A stretch of 64,000 bases of DNA from Escherichia phage vB_EcoS_HdH2, in the sequence record NC_048748.1. One strand, written 5' to 3'. A program made the translations under genes and the position numbers. Below are positions 7,230-16,057 of the stretch, piece after piece (within the stretch, counting starts at the first letter, position 1; every line of letters begins with the position of its first letter). Under the pieces are notes generated by a model. That model was given only the letters and a program-made list of their open reading frames with translations, did not search any database and had not been told where the DNA came from.

Positions 7230-8010
7230 TTTAAGAACTCTCGTAAAAACTCTTAAAAATACAGACGATACCGGGAGAGTCATAAGTCTCACTCATTAAG
7301 TATTTCAAGACAAAATACGGTAACGTCTATTATTTTCCAGTTTAAGTCAGGGTGACTTAGTGGTTATGTCCTGCGGTATATTGAGGACTCGGTTAGGCTT
7401 GGGGTCATGACTTCCCACCTTTTGCTGCTACTCAACAGGAGTTATCGCGAATTACCTGTGCTATTGTGCACCATTAGTGACATCTCTCATGTCAGCATTT
7501 CCCACTTTGTGGATAGCTTGAAAAACTACTCCGATATGGAGAAAGAACTTCACTACCCTAGAATACCTTCTAAAGTTCTTCTTTAGCCTGGACATAGTTA
7601 AATCGTAATAAAACTATTCAGCAGACTGGTTGGTTAGTCTGGAACCAACTACCGCGTGGTTTAGGCAGTGCGCAACTAACCTCGGAAGCTTTTACGTTAA
7701 AAGCATCAGTTATCCAGTTCTTACCGACCGTAGGATTCGAACCTACATCTTCCACCAGTTACGGCTTGATAATACCAATTATACTAGGACGGCAGTGTTA
7801 CTACATAAGTGATTTCCACACCCCACTATTTATAAATTAGAGAAGAGTTTAGGGGAGAGGTTTCAGACGCCTCATTTTACACGTTCTAGCCACTAACCGG
7901 GATTGCCGCCCCCTGTGTACTAGTTTTACAACTAACCCACCGACTCTATTCAACGAATCTTAGTGCTCGACGCATCTTACATTAAGACAAGTTCAGCGTA
8001 ATCGGCTCGC
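7230..8010 (-). ncRNA. promoter-driven non-coding transcript region; candidate stable RNA(s), includes a tRNA-like 3' domain at about 7720-7795
   Basis: About 780 nt without a credible ORF, lying between the early promoter at 8020-8070 and tRNA-Arg; contains canonical T-arm GTAGG-TTCGAAT-CCTAC with acceptor-like GCCGTCC/GGTCGGT but no anticodon stem, plus several local hairpins. Confidence 0.3.
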
Positions 8011-8019
8011 TGTTCCCTA

Positions 8020-8070
8020 ATTTATGAATATATTATACAGAATTTAAAGGCATTTAGCAAATAAATTTTT
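8020..8070 (-). promoter_or_regulatory. T5-type early promoter firing into the 7230-8010 non-coding region
   Basis: Reverse complement has TTTGCTA -35, TGTATAATATAT extended -10 and CATAAATT box. Confidence 0.55.
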
Positions 8071-8512
8071 AATTAAATTCGCCAGCAATCTGAGCAGCAG
8101 TACCACCATCATAACGCCCAGAAAATTCTTCCTTAATCGCTTTCATCAGCATACCTTTTGTAATTCCAGGGTTTAGCTTAACTAATTCTGCAAAGTATTT
8201 ACGAATCTCAGTATCAGATAACTGAGGAGGCAGATACTCCTGCAACCACTTAGTTAGAATGTATTCATACTGAGCAGACTGCAAGCTATAACTATCAAGA
8301 TCTTGACCATGAAGTTTAGCTTTCATCTGGTTAATGCTTTTTAGTTGAGCTTTGAGATAAGACACAAATTGTTCAGAAGTGATGAAATCTTTATCAATAC
8401 GCTGAAGATCCCCGATTATGGTCTGATAGCTTTTAGCGACTTCTTTATCAGAACCATTAAACTTAGAATCCTGCAAAGCTCTACGCAAAACATCTAAAAT
8501 ATTCTCTTCCAT
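8069..8512 (-). CDS. GatB/YqeY-domain protein
   Basis: YqeY-like signature (YLPPQLSD, GRYDGGTAAQI); start overlaps the stop of the upstream small ORF (TAATG). Confidence 0.55.
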   Translation of the reverse strand: MEENILDVLRRALQDSKFNGSDKEVAKSYQTIIGDLQRIDKDFITSEQFVSYLKAQLKSINQMKAKLHGQDLDSYSLQSAQYEYILTKWLQEYLPPQLSDTEIRKYFAELVKLNPGITKGMLMKAIKEEFSGRYDGGTAAQIAGEFN

Positions 8513-8680
8513 TATTTCATTCCTAACGCTTGGTTAAAAGATTGTTCTGTCATAACTGCTGAGACTTTGGCGAAATCAAACTTTTTAGGGTTCGTAGTGA
8601 TCTCAGCAACGTTAGAAGTTTTAACAGTTTTCGTAGTACGAATACCGCGAGTGTTAACGCCAATAATTACAACTGATTTC
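8510..8680 (-). CDS. small hypothetical protein (about 54 aa, MKSVVIIGVNTRGIR...), not in the ORF track
   Basis: ATG behind RBS GAGAGGAAG and the promoter at 8703-8755; stop overlaps the next start. Confidence 0.4.
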
Positions 8681-8750
8681 ATATTTCGCTTCCTCTCATT
8701 AATTTATGAAAGTATTATACAGAAATTTAAGTACTTAAGCAAGTAAATTT

Positions 8751-9200
8751 TTAAGTTTTAGTGACAACAGGTTTATAGAATGTATGTCCCTTAATCTTAG
8801 TTGTTTTCTTAAATTTCTTTGTCCAGTAAGGTTTATCTTTACCACTATGGAAGTATAGTGCTCCATGTGTAGGATCTTGTGGTAAATCAACGTAGTATAT
8901 CACTCTAGCTAAATTCTTAGCAGTTTGCCAAGCCTCATCAGTTTTATCAACTTTTGGTCTCTTAGATACCCAAGAGAACTGGTTAGACTGATATACTACT
9001 TTACAGTAGGAATCTGGGAATTTACCGGAGTTTACACGGTTTTTAGTAACATGTGCAATCGCTGTCATTCCCTTTATGCCCTCACCACGACTTTCGAAAT
9101 AGATATTTTTAGCAATGCAATCTATTTCTTTTGCATCGTGCGATGCCTGACTACTAAAGCTGAAGGTAAGGGCAGCTACTAAAAGCAAAGCTGCCTTCAT
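8751..9200 (-). CDS. secreted cell-wall hydrolase, SleB/CwlJ-like (Hydrolase_2 family); candidate lysis or entry enzyme
   Basis: Signal-peptide-like N-terminus (MKAALLLVAALTFSFSSQA) and family motif FESRGE...AIAHVTKNR; start set at second ATG behind GGCAGGAG RBS. Confidence 0.5.
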   Translation of the reverse strand: MKAALLLVAALTFSFSSQASHDAKEIDCIAKNIYFESRGEGIKGMTAIAHVTKNRVNSGKFPDSYCKVVYQSNQFSWVSKRPKVDKTDEAWQTAKNLARVIYYVDLPQDPTHGALYFHSGKDKPYWTKKFKKTTKIKGHTFYKPVVTKT

Positions 9201-9205
9201 TCTTT

Positions 9206-9523
9206 TTACTCCTGCCAATCATATTCAACACGATTGGGATTTTCTTTATACCCTAAGTCAAGCAAATCATTACGCATACTTTGCTTAGCTACTGGGTTCG
9301 AGGTTACTAGTACCACTTTCTTTGGTCTCTGCCCAAATTCTAAGAGTAAACGAAGAATTTGATAACCTTCCATACCATCTACAGCCAAGTCATTATCCAT
9401 ATAAACGAAATGGCCTGTGGTATCAGTTTTATTCAGAAACTCTACAGCGGCTTCTGGGGTTCGAATGATAATGTCCATTCCGTGAAGATTACGCACATCA
9501 TCAATCAAAATATGAAAAGTCAT
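9206..9523 (-). CDS. hypothetical protein (105 aa), possibly a CheY-like receiver fold
   Basis: ORF behind the promoter at 9541-9595; acidic pocket-like motif DNDLAVDGMEGY; assignment weak. Confidence 0.4.
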   Translation of the reverse strand: MTFHILIDDVRNLHGMDIIIRTPEAAVEFLNKTDTTGHFVYMDNDLAVDGMEGYQILRLLLEFGQRPKKVVLVTSNPVAKQSMRNDLLDLGYKENPNRVEYDWQE

Positions 9524-9965
9524 AATAGCCTCGTTTCATCAATTTAAAAATATATTATACATATAATTTAGTAGATTAGCAAATACATTTTTAAATTGTG
9601 AAACTAGTAAACCGATAAACAGCCTAGAGGCGCCACAGGCCCTATCTTATGAGCCATGTACCTTTGATCTAGGGTTTGAATCATCAACGAATACTTTGCA
9701 TCTTTTAGCTTTAGAAGTTTAGAAGTTTGAGTTCTTTAAACTTTTCAGCTTTCATACTTAAATGTTGATCTTTGAAGTTGTGTCGGTAATATCAACGACG
9801 CTTTGTTCTTACGTGTCAGCTTAAAAGGCTGGTGTAATAAACATAATCTCCAATAGATTATACTTTATAGTATGGTCAGCGGTCTTATTTAACCTCGTAT
9901 TTCAACCGCTGCTGCGAGGTAAGATGCTTGGGCTTTCGTCTACCGATTTACTAGCTTTTAAATTA

Positions 9966-10604
9966 TTACTCTACTTCAATGAAGGTAGAGGCATTAGACT
10001 CGGACAGAACAAAGTCAACATTTGTTGCAAAGTCCTGGTATTCCTCGTCATGCTGTTTAATCAGCTTCTCCAGTTCCAGCGGATCAATCAAGAATGGAGT
10101 ATTCTTGAGTTCCAGCAGGTTGAGCTGCATTTTAACTTCATCTTCGGAAGTTTTCTTATCGCGGGTAGCCATGCTATCCTGCAAACGCTCATATTTAGCA
10201 TCAAACTGTGCTTTCTGTGTATTAAACTTAACCGTAGCGGCATGGAACTGCTTACGCATGTTAGCCAGCAGCTGAGCTTTAAGCTCCATAGAACGCTTAG
10301 CTTCAATTGCTTCCGCAACAGTCATTTTACGAGAACCGATCTCAACGATTGTTTCTGCATTGCTCTTAATCAGAGCAGCTTTGATACGATCACGCTGGGA
10401 CATCATATCTAGGAGAGATTGGAAATCTGCCTTAATACGAGCAGATAGATCGTCTACTTCGATTGCAGCGCCAACTACAACCTTATTTTTATCCTTACCT
10501 TCACCAACAGCGATCAGAAGCTGTTGTTCAGTAGCTTTACGAATTTTAGCTTCCAGAGATTTGATAGTTGCCAGAGCGCGAGTTTTAGAAATACGAGTAG
10601 TCAT
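9966..10604 (-). CDS. hypothetical protein (212 aa), charged and helical
   Basis: Long ORF in operon orientation; no recognisable catalytic motif. Confidence 0.55.
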   Translation of the reverse strand: MTTRISKTRALATIKSLEAKIRKATEQQLLIAVGEGKDKNKVVVGAAIEVDDLSARIKADFQSLLDMMSQRDRIKAALIKSNAETIVEIGSRKMTVAEAIEAKRSMELKAQLLANMRKQFHAATVKFNTQKAQFDAKYERLQDSMATRDKKTSEDEVKMQLNLLELKNTPFLIDPLELEKLIKQHDEEYQDFATNVDFVLSESNASTFIEVE

Positions 10605-10657
10605 TATTTGCTTCCTTATATGAAGTTTGAGATTTGAATTTGTTTAAATTTGATCTA

Positions 10658-10840
10658 TTACAGACCAATTGCCAGCAGAGTGCGCAGAACAGTATCGTTA
10701 CTGTTATCAATTTTAGGATTAGCACGATTTAGCAGATCAAAGATTTTCTGGACACCTGATTGACGTTCAGCCATACGACGGATACCCAGATTACGAGTAG
10801 CTTTCTTACCATTTTTACGAACATTTTTAGATACTGGCAT
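10658..10840 (-). CDS. hypothetical small basic protein (60 aa)
   Basis: ATG preceded by RBS and the early promoter at 10861-10915. Confidence 0.5.
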   Translation of the reverse strand: MPVSKNVRKNGKKATRNLGIRRMAERQSGVQKIFDLLNRANPKIDNSNDTVLRTLLAIGL

Positions 10841-10910
10841 ATTTGTTTTCCTTTTATTGTTTTCTCAAATTTATGAATATATTATACAGAATTTTGGGGC
10901 CGGAAGCAAA

Positions 10911-11612
10911 TCAAATTTTCATTTTTTCGATCATAGCCGCAACACAATAGCTCTCAACTAAGGCATCGAATGCTGGGTCGTGCTTAACCGGATATATCCC
11001 ATAACGAATGGTGTCCATCTTCTCCATTTTAGCTATTGCCCAGCTAATACCTTCGGTCTCTAGAGCCTTATAACTGTATCCAGCTTGCATCCAGAGATTA
11101 CGAAGAGATCGAACATTACCCAAATTCCAGAATTTCCACGGAACTACCTCTTCATTGGTTCCAGCATGGAACGTGTTTGCAGAGTAGATAGTCATATCAA
11201 ACTCTGGGCCATTGCCATAATACAAAGCATTTTCTCCTAGAGCCAACTCCATAATATTTTGAGCCATAGAGAAGGCAGCATAGTTTGAGCCTAATTTATT
11301 AGTGCAATGATGTTTACCATTTTGGAAGGCAATCAGTTTTGGATTACGTTCCTTCATAGCTTCCATAATGTGAATAGCAGACGGGCTATTTTTAGCTTGA
11401 TCCATCCAGAATGCTAGAGTAGATGCTGTAACTTTGGCACCAGAATTAAGCTGATCCTGCACATCCAAAGTAACAAATACTAAGTCAGGGTCTTTATCAA
11501 TCCCATGCATAGCCACAAAAGCGAAAGAAGGCATTGCGATATGAGTAGTACCACAATCTCCTGGGGTTCCTAGAGATTCAATATCTAACATACCAAATGG
11601 TTTTACTTTCAT
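10911..11612 (-). CDS. DEDDh-family 3'-5' exonuclease (DnaQ/DexA-like)
   Basis: Exo I motif LDIESLG near the N-terminus and H-x4-D motif (KHDPAFDAL) near the C-terminus. Confidence 0.55.
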   Translation of the reverse strand: MKVKPFGMLDIESLGTPGDCGTTHIAMPSFAFVAMHGIDKDPDLVFVTLDVQDQLNSGAKVTASTLAFWMDQAKNSPSAIHIMEAMKERNPKLIAFQNGKHHCTNKLGSNYAAFSMAQNIMELALGENALYYGNGPEFDMTIYSANTFHAGTNEEVVPWKFWNLGNVRSLRNLWMQAGYSYKALETEGISWAIAKMEKMDTIRYGIYPVKHDPAFDALVESYCVAAMIEKMKI

Positions 11613-11640
11613 AACTTATCCTTTATTGTGTAGAAAACTA

Positions 11641-11877
11641 TTAAAGAGCTGTCTCTTTAATAGACTCCCACTTCTTGGGGTCTTTAAAACCAGGAAGCAT
11701 ATCCTCACTGACATCCCAGTTTTCTTCCATAGAAAAGTCTGGCCATTCATTCCAGTTATCTTCCAGCTCTTCATAACAGGTATCCATTACCTCATGACTA
11801 GAAAGTCGTGTATAATCTCTAGCGGACTTATGAGTGCTAGCACGGTTAAAATCATTCTTTGCTACAAAATTACGCAT
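11641..11877 (-). CDS. hypothetical acidic protein (78 aa)
   Basis: ORF in operon orientation; Trp/acidic-rich. Confidence 0.4.
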   Translation of the reverse strand: MRNFVAKNDFNRASTHKSARDYTRLSSHEVMDTCYEELEDNWNEWPDFSMEENWDVSEDMLPGFKDPKKWESIKETAL

Positions 11878-11919
11878 AGTTTCTCCAAACTAAGAGGGGC
11901 TTTCGCCCCCTAACTTAAA

Positions 11920-12135
11920 TTACTTGCCCAGCAGTTTAAGGATATTTTCCATAATAGTTTGGGCAGATTTTTCACTCTTAGTAGTTTCGGCCAGTTTCAG
12001 GGCAAGTTCTTCCTGTTGTTTCTGAATATCAGCAGCAATTTTCTGATCAGCCTCAATACGAGCTTGAAGTTCATCAGTAATAGTAGTAAAGGAAGCAACG
12101 ATTTCAGTAACGGAACGTGGTTTCTTAGAGAACAT
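11920..12135 (-). CDS. hypothetical protein (71 aa), flanked by two copies of a GGGGC-TTTCG-CCCC hairpin
   Basis: ORF between hairpins at about 11893-11912 and 12174-12192. Confidence 0.45.
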   Translation of the reverse strand: MFSKKPRSVTEIVASFTTITDELQARIEADQKIAADIQKQQEELALKLAETTKSEKSAQTIMENILKLLGK

Positions 12136-12194
12136 AAAAATATCCTTGATTGGTTAGAGAATTAGTTGACTGTAGGGGCTTTCGCCCCTATCTA

Positions 12195-12710
12195 TTACTT
12201 CACTTTACGTTTGCGAGCTGGTTTAGCAGATTTACGAGCAGAATCGCCTGTGAATTTAATACCCACACCGTAACACAGAGCACGAACATTATCCTTGCTA
12301 TATTCTACGCCAAAGATATTTGGCTTAACAGAACCAAACTGGCCACGAGTATCACGCAGTACATCTGCCGTTGGTTTGCGCTTCTGGTTAACTGCTTTTT
12401 CGTAATCTTTCATGGCCATGCCATTACGAGAGAACAATTCAGCTCCAGCATTGAAACTCAGTGTTACTGGAACAGATTTGTGACCATAACCCTGTACATA
12501 GGTCACAAGGCGGGCTACAGAACGAGTAGCATTCTTAGCCTTCGGCTTTTGACGAATCGGAGCCGGACGATTCAGTGCCTGTGCAGCTTGAGCATCAGTA
12601 GGATGCTTGCGCAGGTGGCGTTCCAGACGAGCTTTGCGGTTAGCCTCAGTCTGCGGGAAAGTTTTAACTGTAGTAGCTGCTTGAGTTTTTGCGTTTTTCT
12701 GCTTAGCCAT
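12195..12710 (-). CDS. hypothetical basic protein (171 aa), possibly nucleic-acid binding
   Basis: Lys/Arg-rich termini; behind the early promoter at 12736-12790. Confidence 0.5.
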   Translation of the reverse strand: MAKQKNAKTQAATTVKTFPQTEANRKARLERHLRKHPTDAQAAQALNRPAPIRQKPKAKNATRSVARLVTYVQGYGHKSVPVTLSFNAGAELFSRNGMAMKDYEKAVNQKRKPTADVLRDTRGQFGSVKPNIFGVEYSKDNVRALCYGVGIKFTGDSARKSAKPARKRKVK

Positions 12711-12785
12711 TATTTGTTTTCCTTTTTGTTTATCAATTTATGAAGTATATTATACGAGAATTTGAAGCGTTTAGCAAATGAATTT

Positions 12786-13235
12786 TTAATTTATTAACTG
12801 TAAGCTTCTTTTAATTTCAGACCTTACCTGCATCAAAAGAACTCCTAAAGTATTATCCCCGATGCCTCGGCAAACACCCCAATATGTATCTCCCCAGGTA
12901 TTTCCTTCAATCAAAGTTGCATTTTCTGTTGCTAACAGTTTGTCTCTCAAATCAGGGATTGCAAACTTTAACCGTAAAAGCTCTAGCATTACATCATCTT
13001 TTACCTTATCCCAGTCAGGGCGTATAATTAATTTACGTCCTCTACGTTTAGCAACTCCTGCATTTAGGGAACGTAATATATGAGCTACATCATCTTTTTG
13101 GTCGGATTTCATAGCCTGAAAAGCATGTTCTACAGTATCAGCATGCCATATTTCATTTAGGTATTCGAAAGTAATTGGTGATAAATAAAAGTTAGATAAG
13201 AAACTATAAGCACCTTTAAATTCAGTAATCTTCAT
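12786..13235 (-). CDS. NADAR / YbiA-like (DUF1768) family protein
   Basis: Family-typical motifs FLSNFY, EHAFQA, NTWGD...WG, LG.LLM. Confidence 0.6.
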   Translation of the reverse strand: MKITEFKGAYSFLSNFYLSPITFEYLNEIWHADTVEHAFQAMKSDQKDDVAHILRSLNAGVAKRRGRKLIIRPDWDKVKDDVMLELLRLKFAIPDLRDKLLATENATLIEGNTWGDTYWGVCRGIGDNTLGVLLMQVRSEIKRSLQLIN

Positions 13236-13516
13236 TTTTTACGCCCCGCATCTTTGGCCTCTTCGGCTGTATAGATATACTGATAAGCCCCTTTGGAGTA
13301 AGCTGGAGCAGTACACATTTTCTTACGCTCAATCTCTTCTTGAGCTTTTCTTTCGCGTTCAGCTAATTCTTCATCCAGATAAACTAAACGTTGTTCTGGA
13401 GGAGGTGGAAGACGTGTTTCTGGCTCACCAATATTAGCCTTTCTTATTTGACGAGGTGATTGTGCACGTTTTCTCAACGGTTTAAATCCTAATGAATTTG
13501 AGTTATAAATTCGCAT
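13232..13516 (-). CDS. hypothetical protein (94 aa)
   Basis: ATG behind AGGAGG RBS and the early promoter at 13530-13590. Confidence 0.5.
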   Translation of the reverse strand: MRIYNSNSLGFKPLRKRAQSPRQIRKANIGEPETRLPPPPEQRLVYLDEELAERERKAQEEIERKKMCTAPAYSKGAYQYIYTAEEAKDAGRKK

Positions 13517-13592
13517 AAAGCCCTCCTCACTTTCAATACGAATATTATACTAAATTAGAGGGCTTTAAGCAAGAAGATTTTTAATTTATTTA

Positions 13593-14069
13593 TCACATCT
13601 CGGCCATTTCAGCTTCAGTAATAACTGTGTTACACAATGCATCTACAGCTTCATTACCACTAATACCAGAATGTCCTTTAACCTTAATAAAGGTAGGATT
13701 AGTATTATGAAAGTTGATATACTGCTGTGTTAATTTAAATGCTTCCTGCCAAAGTTCTAGATTAAGAGGAACTTCACCATCTGCTTTCTTCCAGCCTTTC
13801 CTTTGCCAAGAAAACATCCAACTTTCCATACCATTTTTGCAATAAGCAGAATCAGTATAGATAACAATTGGTCTATTATCTTTTTTAACTGACCAACGTA
13901 GAGCCTCTACAATAGCCGTGAGTTCCATCTCATTATTTGTAGTTTTAGGACTATATCCAGATTTAGAACCTAAACGATCGTCGTTATCATCATAGACAAT
14001 AAAGCCCCAAGCACCTGGACCTGGGTTAGACTTACAAGCACCATCTGTGTAAATGTGGAAAACCGACAT
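13593..14069 (-). CDS. rnhA: ribonuclease H (RNase HI-like)
   Basis: RNase H motifs: YTDGAC, ELTAIVEAL, IYTDSAYC, KGHSGISGNE. Confidence 0.7.
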   Translation of the reverse strand: MSVFHIYTDGACKSNPGPGAWGFIVYDDNDDRLGSKSGYSPKTTNNEMELTAIVEALRWSVKKDNRPIVIYTDSAYCKNGMESWMFSWQRKGWKKADGEVPLNLELWQEAFKLTQQYINFHNTNPTFIKVKGHSGISGNEAVDALCNTVITEAEMAEM

Positions 14070-14338
14070 TATTTGCTCCAGTCAATTTCAAGCCAAAAAC
14101 CTTCACGCTGCTCATACTTAGCTTCTACGACATAGCCTAGTTTAGTGAGTCGTTGCATAACGCTGTTTCTGGCGTTTTCTGAATATTCAGTTAACCCCTG
14201 AATATGGCAGTTAAATTCTTTTTCTTTGATTGCTTTATCAATCTCTACGGCAATAAGTGACTCTAGATTAAGTACTTCCTGTTTAATAACAGCAATAGTA
14301 TTTTGTTTTGCTTCTAAAGCAGATAAAAGAATAGACAT
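14069..14338 (-). CDS. hypothetical protein (89 aa)
   Basis: ORF with start/stop overlap to neighbours in the same operon. Confidence 0.45.
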   Translation of the reverse strand: MSILLSALEAKQNTIAVIKQEVLNLESLIAVEIDKAIKEKEFNCHIQGLTEYSENARNSVMQRLTKLGYVVEAKYEQREGFWLEIDWSK

Positions 14339-14592
14339 TAGTTTTCGCCTTCTATAATTACCCTAGTCGCTGGAGGAATTGGCGGCATAGGAGGAATACA
14401 TGGATGACCTCTTTGTGCATCATTTGGTACTCTTGGCGGTTCAGGTCTAATTGCCTTTAATTCCTTTTCTAGGAATTGTTCTAACGCCCGTTCTACAAAA
14501 TGATCGAAAGGTAAGTGATAATACTGAGACAGAGCTAAGAACCTACGTTCTTGACTTTGTGTTAAATAAACTTTCTTTTTAAAGAGTCCCAT
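14338..14592 (-). CDS. hypothetical protein (about 84 aa)
   Basis: Start moved to the internal ATG (MGLFKKK) behind GGAGACAACT RBS because the upstream codons overlap the promoter at about 14598-14650. Confidence 0.45.
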   Translation of the reverse strand: MGLFKKKVYLTQSQERRFLALSQYYHLPFDHFVERALEQFLEKELKAIRPEPPRVPNDAQRGHPCIPPMPPIPPATRVIIEGEN

Positions 14593-14684
14593 AGTTGTCT
14601 CCGATTTATAAAATATATTATATCTAAATTTCACTCAGTAAGCAAATGAAATTTAAATATAATAGCCCCGAAGGGCTATTTGAG

Positions 14685-15524
14685 TTAGGAAGACATTTTA
14701 GCTTTAAGAGCTGGGTGAGGATCATACCCTTCCAAATGGAATGACCAAGCTGCCGTATTATTTTCTAGCAAGTCGTAAAGATCTACAAACTCTGGCATTA
14801 CTAGAGTTGGCAGAGGGCGTGGCTTGCGTTTTACCTGTTCTTCTACCTGTTCCATGTGGTCATTATAGATATGAGTATCCCCGCCACTAAAGATAAGATA
14901 ACGAGGTTTTAATCCTGTCAGTTTTGCTAATATATGCGTTAATAAAGCATAACTAGCAATATTGAAAGGTAAACCGAGGAAACAATCCACAGAGCGTTGT
15001 GTCCATTTAAGATCTAGGTATCCATCGTTACTTACATAGCACTGGAAGCCGTAGTGACAAGGTGGTAATGCCATTTTATCAAGTTCAGCTACGTTCCACG
15101 CAGAAACTAGATGTCTGCGGCCATGAGGATTATTCTTGAGTCCTTCAATAAGTTCTAGAATCTGATCTCGCCCACCAAAGTTACGCCACTGTTTACCATA
15201 TACTGGTCCTAGATTACCCTTATCATACCCCATACTTATAGCTTGGTCTTCATAATTTGGAGTCCAGATGGTCCACTGTCCTTCGTCACGACCAAATGTG
15301 AATACACGTAGATCATGAAGATTTGTGGAACCAGACAAGAACCATAAGAGTTCTCCTACTACGGATTTCCAAGCTAGACGTTTGGTAGTGACGGCAGGAA
15401 ACCCATCACGTAGATCGAATTTAGCGTAAGAATCAAAAATTGAAACTGTGCCTGTTCCTGTACGGTCATTACGGGGTTCACCTAGTAAAATTACATCTGT
15501 CAAAATTTTTAAGTATTGTTGCAT
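14685..15524 (-). CDS. thyA: thymidylate synthase
   Basis: Active-site motif ALPPCHYGFQCYV and overall ThyA-like sequence; terminator hairpin ATAGCCC-CGAA-GGGCTAT at about 14662-14680. Confidence 0.85.
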   Translation of the reverse strand: MQQYLKILTDVILLGEPRNDRTGTGTVSIFDSYAKFDLRDGFPAVTTKRLAWKSVVGELLWFLSGSTNLHDLRVFTFGRDEGQWTIWTPNYEDQAISMGYDKGNLGPVYGKQWRNFGGRDQILELIEGLKNNPHGRRHLVSAWNVAELDKMALPPCHYGFQCYVSNDGYLDLKWTQRSVDCFLGLPFNIASYALLTHILAKLTGLKPRYLIFSGGDTHIYNDHMEQVEEQVKRKPRPLPTLVMPEFVDLYDLLENNTAAWSFHLEGYDPHPALKAKMSS

Positions 15525-16057
15525 TAATAAGTAACCAATTCCTGTACAAATCGCAGGCTGTTATCACTGTTTGCGCCAACTGCATAGACTAATCGAGTGG
15601 ATTCATAGTTATAATCCAGTATCATACTATCTAGGTGTACATCTGACTCTAGCTTCTGCTCACTAAAGATTGTAGATACAAAAGCACTTTCTATATGCCC
15701 ATGCTGATACATTTCTAGGAGAAGATTAGCTCCGCCTAGAACTACTGTCTGTTGATCTTTTAAGAATGTAGGTAATGTATCCCCAATCTTTGAAATTGGG
15801 GTATAGATACCCTGTTTAATATCATCAGGCAGAGGACGATCCGCACGAATAAAGAGGTCGGATTCTCCAATCATACGTTGCCGAACAACTTCTGGAAGTG
15901 CTAAATAAGTACCCGCACCAATGATGATGTTATCTGGATTCAACACGTCCAGTTGAGAATAGAAAGCATCTAGCTCTTCTTTGAAGGAACCCCAGGGAAG
16001 TTTACCTCGGAGGCCGAACTCTCCATTCGGCCCAACTGCATACATTGCTGTAATCAT
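15524..16057 (-). CDS. frd: dihydrofolate reductase
   Basis: DHFR-like N-terminus (MITAMYAVGPNGEFGLRGKLPW), Gly-rich loop, size 177 aa, adjacent to thyA. Confidence 0.7.
   Translation of the reverse strand: MITAMYAVGPNGEFGLRGKLPWGSFKEELDAFYSQLDVLNPDNIIIGAGTYLALPEVVRQRMIGESDLFIRADRPLPDDIKQGIYTPISKIGDTLPTFLKDQQTVVLGGANLLLEMYQHGHIESAFVSTIFSEQKLESDVHLDSMILDYNYESTRLVYAVGANSDNSLRFVQELVTY

Noticed and set aside
7630-7812. Plus-strand ORF (60 aa) in the non-coding region
   Set aside because: Antisense to the promoter-driven transcript, overlaps the tRNA-like T-arm, no RBS; more likely part of a non-coding RNA locus.
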